DNA of 64,000 nucleotides from an uncultured Pseudomonadota bacterium (lineage in GTDB: Bacteria; Oederibacteriota; Muellerivitia; Muellerivitales; Muellerivitaceae), in assembly GCA_963770835.1 (NCBI GenBank), contig CAVYRH010000005.1, positions 192,001 to 256,000 on the forward strand, written 5' to 3'. The position numbers were made by a program, and so were the translations under genes. How positions within the stretch are numbered: position 1 is the first letter of the stretch; every line of letters begins with the position of its first letter. The notes beneath the pieces are model-generated. The model saw nothing but the letters and a program-made list of their open reading frames with translations, was not told where the DNA came from and did not search any database. Below, in pieces: positions 59,858 to 64,000 of this stretch.

Positions 59858-60793
59858 ATGCCCACCTCTCCCCGGCATTTATTGACATTGGAGGAATTTT
59901 CCCCAAAAGAGGTTATGGCCCTCTTGAGCCTGGCGGCGAAAATTAAAAAGTCGCCGGCGAAGTATCAAAAAGTCCTGGCGGGCCAATGCCTGGCCATGAT
60001 TTTCGACAAGAGCTCAGCACGGACCCGGATTTCCTTCGACGTCGGGATGTACCAGCTAGGCGGCCACGCCCTTTTCATCAATGGAAGCGAAATCCAAATC
60101 GGGAAGCGGGAATCCGTGGGCGACACGGCGAAAGTCTTGTCCCGCTATGTCCAGGGCATCATGATCCGGACCTTCGCCCATTCGATCGCGGAGGATTTGG
60201 CTAAGAATTCTGGAATCCCCATCATCAATGGATTGACCGACAGCCATCATCCCTGCCAAGTGCTGGCCGATCTCCAAACGGTCCTAGAGAAATTCGGAAA
60301 ACTGAAGGATCTCCAGTTGGTTTACGTCGGGGACGGAAACAACATGACCCACAGCCTCATGATCGGCGCCGCGAAAACGGGAATGCATTGCCGGGTCGTT
60401 TGCCCGCCGGGGTACGAACCGGATTCCATCATTCTGAAGTCGGCTCAAAAAGAAGGAAAACAAACCGGAAGTCGTATCGAGATTACCCATGAAATAAAGG
60501 GTTCGGCCAAGGGCGCGGATGTGGTTTATACCGACGTCTGGGCCAGCATGGGCCAGGAATCCGAAAAAGAAAAACGAGTCCGGGATTTCCAGGGGTACCA
60601 AGTGGATGAAAAACTAATGGCCGAATGCCCCAAGGCGCTTTTCCTTCATTGCCTGCCGGCGCACCGGGGCGAGGAAGTTTCGGCGGGGGTCATCGACGGT
60701 AAGCAATCCAAGGTTTGGGACCAGGCGGAAAACCGCCTGCATGCCCAAAAGGCCGTGCTGGTGACTTTGATGGGTAAAAGAGGTAAGTCATGA
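59858..60793 (+). CDS. argF: Ornithine carbamoyltransferase
   Basis: [25 protein letters not shown]. Confidence 0.96.
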   Translation: MPTSPRHLLTLEEFSPKEVMALLSLAAKIKKSPAKYQKVLAGQCLAMIFDKSSARTRISFDVGMYQLGGHALFINGSEIQIGKRESVGDTAKVLSRYVQGIMIRTFAHSIAEDLAKNSGIPIINGLTDSHHPCQVLADLQTVLEKFGKLKDLQLVYVGDGNNMTHSLMIGAAKTGMHCRVVCPPGYEPDSIILKSAQKEGKQTGSRIEITHEIKGSAKGADVVYTDVWASMGQESEKEKRVRDFQGYQVDEKLMAECPKALFLHCLPAHRGEEVSAGVIDGKQSKVWDQAENRLHAQKAVLVTLMGKRGKS

Positions 60794-62001
60794 AATCACA
60801 AGTGAAAAAAGTCGTATTGGCCTACTCGGGGGGGTTGGACACGTCCATCATTATTCCCTGGTTGAAAGAAAACTACCGTTGTGAAGTGGTGGCTTTTATC
60901 TCCGATGTTGGCCAGGGCAAAGAAATCGGCCCGGCAAAAGCGAAAGCCCTCCGGACCGGCGCGGTCAAGACGGTCGTCAAGGACCAGCGCAAGGAGTTCC
61001 TGGAGGAGTTTTGTTTTTCCGCGCTTCGCGCCCAGGCCAAGTACGAGGGTTCCTATCTTTTAGGAACCTCACTGGCAAGGCCTGTTATCGCGAGGGGACT
61101 TGTGGAGACCGCCTTGAAAGAAGGGGCAGATGCTATTGCCCATGGCGCAACGGGAAAAGGGAATGACCAAGTTCGCTTTGAGCTGACGGCGATGGCACTG
61201 GCGCCTCATTTAAAAATTATCGCGCCCTGGCGGGAATGGAAGATCAAGTCCAGGGAAGACGCCATCGATTACGCGGCCAAACACGGGGTTGAGGTTCCCG
61301 TGACGAAGAAAAGACCCTATTCCATGGATGGAAATCTCTGGCACCTGAGCCATGAGGGCGGGGAATTGGAAGACCCCTGGAATGCGCCTTCCAAGCATGT
61401 TTTTCTTACGACGAAAGACCCCGCCCAGGCCCCCAAAAAGCCCTTGAACCTCATTGTGAGTTTCAAAGGTGGCATTCCCGTTGGGTTAAATGGCAAAAAA
61501 ACGGCCTCGGTGGAGATCGTGGAGATACTGAACAAACAGGCGGCCGCCTATGGCATCGGCCGTATCGATCTGGTGGAAAACAGGCTAGTCGGAATGAAAA
61601 GCCGGGGTGTCTATGAGTCCCCTGGCGCCACGGTGCTTTATGAGGCCCACCGGGCCCTTCAAAGCCTGACAGTTGAAAGGGAGACCCTCCACTATGGCCA
61701 GGTGCTTTCGGTGAAATACGCCGAGTTGATCTACTACGGGCAATGGTTCTCGCCCCTGCGGGATAGCCTGGAGGCTTTCTTTGAGACAGCCCAGAAGAGC
61801 GTGACAGGTGACGTTCGGGTGGAATTGAATCCTGGCCGCGTGGTGGCCACGGGTGCCAGGTCGCCTTATTCCCTTTACCAGCAGGATTTGGCGACCTTTG
61901 GGGAAGATGCGGTTTATAACCAAAAAGATGCCGAGGGGTTTATCCGGTTGTTCGGATTGCCCATGAAAGTCGTGGGAATGGTGAAAAGGAAAAAGAAGTG
62001 A
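60790..62001 (+). CDS. argG: Argininosuccinate synthase
   Basis: [30 protein letters not shown]. Confidence 0.99.
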   Translation: MKSQVKKVVLAYSGGLDTSIIIPWLKENYRCEVVAFISDVGQGKEIGPAKAKALRTGAVKTVVKDQRKEFLEEFCFSALRAQAKYEGSYLLGTSLARPVIARGLVETALKEGADAIAHGATGKGNDQVRFELTAMALAPHLKIIAPWREWKIKSREDAIDYAAKHGVEVPVTKKRPYSMDGNLWHLSHEGGELEDPWNAPSKHVFLTTKDPAQAPKKPLNLIVSFKGGIPVGLNGKKTASVEIVEILNKQAAAYGIGRIDLVENRLVGMKSRGVYESPGATVLYEAHRALQSLTVERETLHYGQVLSVKYAELIYYGQWFSPLRDSLEAFFETAQKSVTGDVRVELNPGRVVATGARSPYSLYQQDLATFGEDAVYNQKDAEGFIRLFGLPMKVVGMVKRKKK

Positions 62002-63401
62002 AAAAAACATGGGGTGGGAGATTCAAAAAACCGACCGACCCACAAGTCGAAGCCTTTACCGAATCGATTTCTTTCGACCACCGGTTAGCGGCCTTTGACA
62101 TCGAGGGAAGCCTGGCCCATGTCCAAACCTTGGTTAATGCCAAAATTTTGAAACCGCAAGAAGGGAAAAAGCTCGCGGCGGGGCTACAAAAAGTAAAGAA
62201 ACTACTGGAAAGCAAAAAACTCCCGCTGGATTCGAGCTTGGAGGATATCCACACCGCTGTTGAAAGGGCACTTACGAATATCGTCGGCCCTTTGGGGGGA
62301 AAACTCCATACCGGGCGTTCCCGGAACGATCAAGTCGCCACGGATTTCCGGCTTTACTTGCGCCACGCCGTTAAGAAAGCGGTCGAAGCAGGAACCCATC
62401 TCATCGGGATTTTGAGCCAGATAGCCTTACGCGAAAAAGAAACCCTGATGCCCGGCTACACCCATCTCCAAAGGGCCATGCCTATCACACTGGGCCACCA
62501 CCTTTCGGCCTATGCCTTCATGGTTACTCGTGACATGGACCGGTTCCTTTCGACCTGGGACAGGGCGAATGCCCTGCCTTTGGGATCAGGAGCATTGGCA
62601 GGTACCAACCATCCTTTTGACAGGAAATTAACGGCGAAGATACTTGGGCTCAAATCGGTCCTTGAAAACAGCCTGGACGCAGTTTCAGACCGGGATGTTT
62701 ACGTGGATTTCCTGTCGGCGGCGGCCATTACTCAAATGCACCTCTCGAGGCTTTCCGAAGATTTGATCCTTTGGGCCAGTAGTGAGTTTGGTTTTATTGA
62801 GATGGACGATGCCTTTGCCACCGGTTCCAGTTTGATGCCGCAAAAGAAGAACCCAGACGTGGTCGAGTTGATCCGCGGCAAAGCGGGCCGGACGATTGCG
62901 AATCTGACCGGCCTCTTGGCGGTTTTAAAGGGACTACCTCTTTCTTATAACCGGGACCTGCAAGAAGACAAACACTATGTTTTTGACTCGGCGGATACGG
63001 TGATCGCTTCCCTGAAGACCATGGCCGGCTTCTTGTTCACCTTGAAATTTAAAAGGGAACGGATGGAAGAGGCGGCGGACAAGGACCTGACCTTCTTGGC
63101 CACCGACCTGGCCGATGTTTTGGTGAAACAGGACGTTCCCTTCCGCTTGGCCCACGAAGTCGTGGGGAGGGTGGTTCACTACTGCTTGGAAAAAGGGAAG
63201 CGGATGCAAGATTTAACAGATGCGGAACTGGGGAGATTCTCTGACTTGTTTCCAAAGGGAACCGCTCAACATCTTTCAGTGCTTCACTCCGTGAACGCTA
63301 AACAGGCCGTGGGGGGAACCTCACCGCAAAATGTGGAGAAACAAGTTAAAACCTTAATCTTGGAAATCACGAAAATTAGAAAAAAAACATCCCAATTATG
63401 A
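61998..63401 (+). CDS. argH: Argininosuccinate lyase
   Basis: [23 protein letters not shown]. Confidence 0.99.
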   Translation: MKKTWGGRFKKPTDPQVEAFTESISFDHRLAAFDIEGSLAHVQTLVNAKILKPQEGKKLAAGLQKVKKLLESKKLPLDSSLEDIHTAVERALTNIVGPLGGKLHTGRSRNDQVATDFRLYLRHAVKKAVEAGTHLIGILSQIALREKETLMPGYTHLQRAMPITLGHHLSAYAFMVTRDMDRFLSTWDRANALPLGSGALAGTNHPFDRKLTAKILGLKSVLENSLDAVSDRDVYVDFLSAAAITQMHLSRLSEDLILWASSEFGFIEMDDAFATGSSLMPQKKNPDVVELIRGKAGRTIANLTGLLAVLKGLPLSYNRDLQEDKHYVFDSADTVIASLKTMAGFLFTLKFKRERMEEAADKDLTFLATDLADVLVKQDVPFRLAHEVVGRVVHYCLEKGKRMQDLTDAELGRFSDLFPKGTAQHLSVLHSVNAKQAVGGTSPQNVEKQVKTLILEITKIRKKTSQL

Positions 63402-63410
63402 GGAGATAGC

Positions 63411-64000
63411 GTGATCGGATTTCATTTTAAAAATAACCGTTGGTACTCGGACGGCGTAGCTCTTTCCAAGATCGCTGAAAAGGTCGGCACGCCCTGTTAC
63501 GTTTACAGCCTTCCGGCTTTTGAAGACCGGTTCAAGGAAATCGACGATGCTTACAAATCGATTCCTCATCTGGTGGCCTATTCGATTAAAACCAACGACA
63601 ATTTGTCGGTGGTCAAGGCCTTGGCCCAGCGAGGCGCGGGAACCGACGTGGTTTCAGGCGGGGAACTGTTCAAGGCTCGCAAGGCCGGCGTGCCAGCGGA
63701 TAAGATCATTTTTGCAGGGGTGGGGAAAACAGACGATGAAATTGCTTATGCCCTTAAGGAAGGAATCCGCTATTTAAATGTGGAATCCATTCCCGAAATC
63801 GAAGCCATCAATAGTGTGGCCAAAAAAATGCGTAAAATTGCGCCTATTGCTATCCGTTTTAATCCTGATGTGGATCCTAAAACCCATCACTTCATTACGA
63901 CGGGTAAAAAAGAAACCAAATTCGGGGTTTATCTGGGGGACGTTGATAAGGTGATGAAAGTTGTCCGCAACTGCCCCTCGGTGCATTGGACCGGAGTGCA
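63411..64000 (+). CDS. lysA: Diaminopimelate decarboxylase (runs off the window; absent from the ORF track)
   Basis: AGGAG RBS and GTG 63411; translates to ..KVGTPCYVYS..AYSIKTN..DVVSGGEL..IFAGVGK..NVES..RFNPDV..KFG. Confidence 0.93.
   Translation, partial: MIGFHFKNNRWYSDGVALSKIAEKVGTPCYVYSLPAFEDRFKEIDDAYKSIPHLVAYSIKTNDNLSVVKALAQRGAGTDVVSGGELFKARKAGVPADKIIFAGVGKTDDEIAYALKEGIRYLNVESIPEIEAINSVAKKMRKIAPIAIRFNPDVDPKTHHFITTGKKETKFGVYLGDVDKVMKVVRNCPSVHWTGV

Overview
Bacterial chromosomal window from a diderm; the lineage cannot be determined from sequence alone. Most of it is housekeeping: comF, gap-(nfeD/SPFH)-pgk-tpiA-secG, lnt, argC, uvrBC, a sigma54-type two-component system, rph-rdgB, dgt, argDFGH-lysA and 8 tRNAs. 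It also encodes a SprA/T9SS-like giant outer-membrane protein next to a Thr/Pro-rich FN3 protein with a CTD-like tail, plus two carbohydrate-active enzymes. The most striking feature is a pair of related minimal integrative elements of about 4.5 and 5.0 kb, inserted in tRNA-Arg(UCU) and tRNA-Val(UAC). Both have the layout: tyrosine integrase, ~1.1 kb conserved non-coding module, variable type II toxin-antitoxin pair, variable secreted cargo gene, conserved right end. The non-coding module holds a long stem-loop with compensatory base changes, a 10-bp-phased repeat array that recurs at attR, a 147-bp block identical in both copies and a second long hairpin. I found no recognisable excisionase, replication or transfer gene, so this may be an undescribed helper-dependent mini-island family. 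Integration of element 1 apparently rebuilt the host tRNA-Arg with a foreign 3' half.
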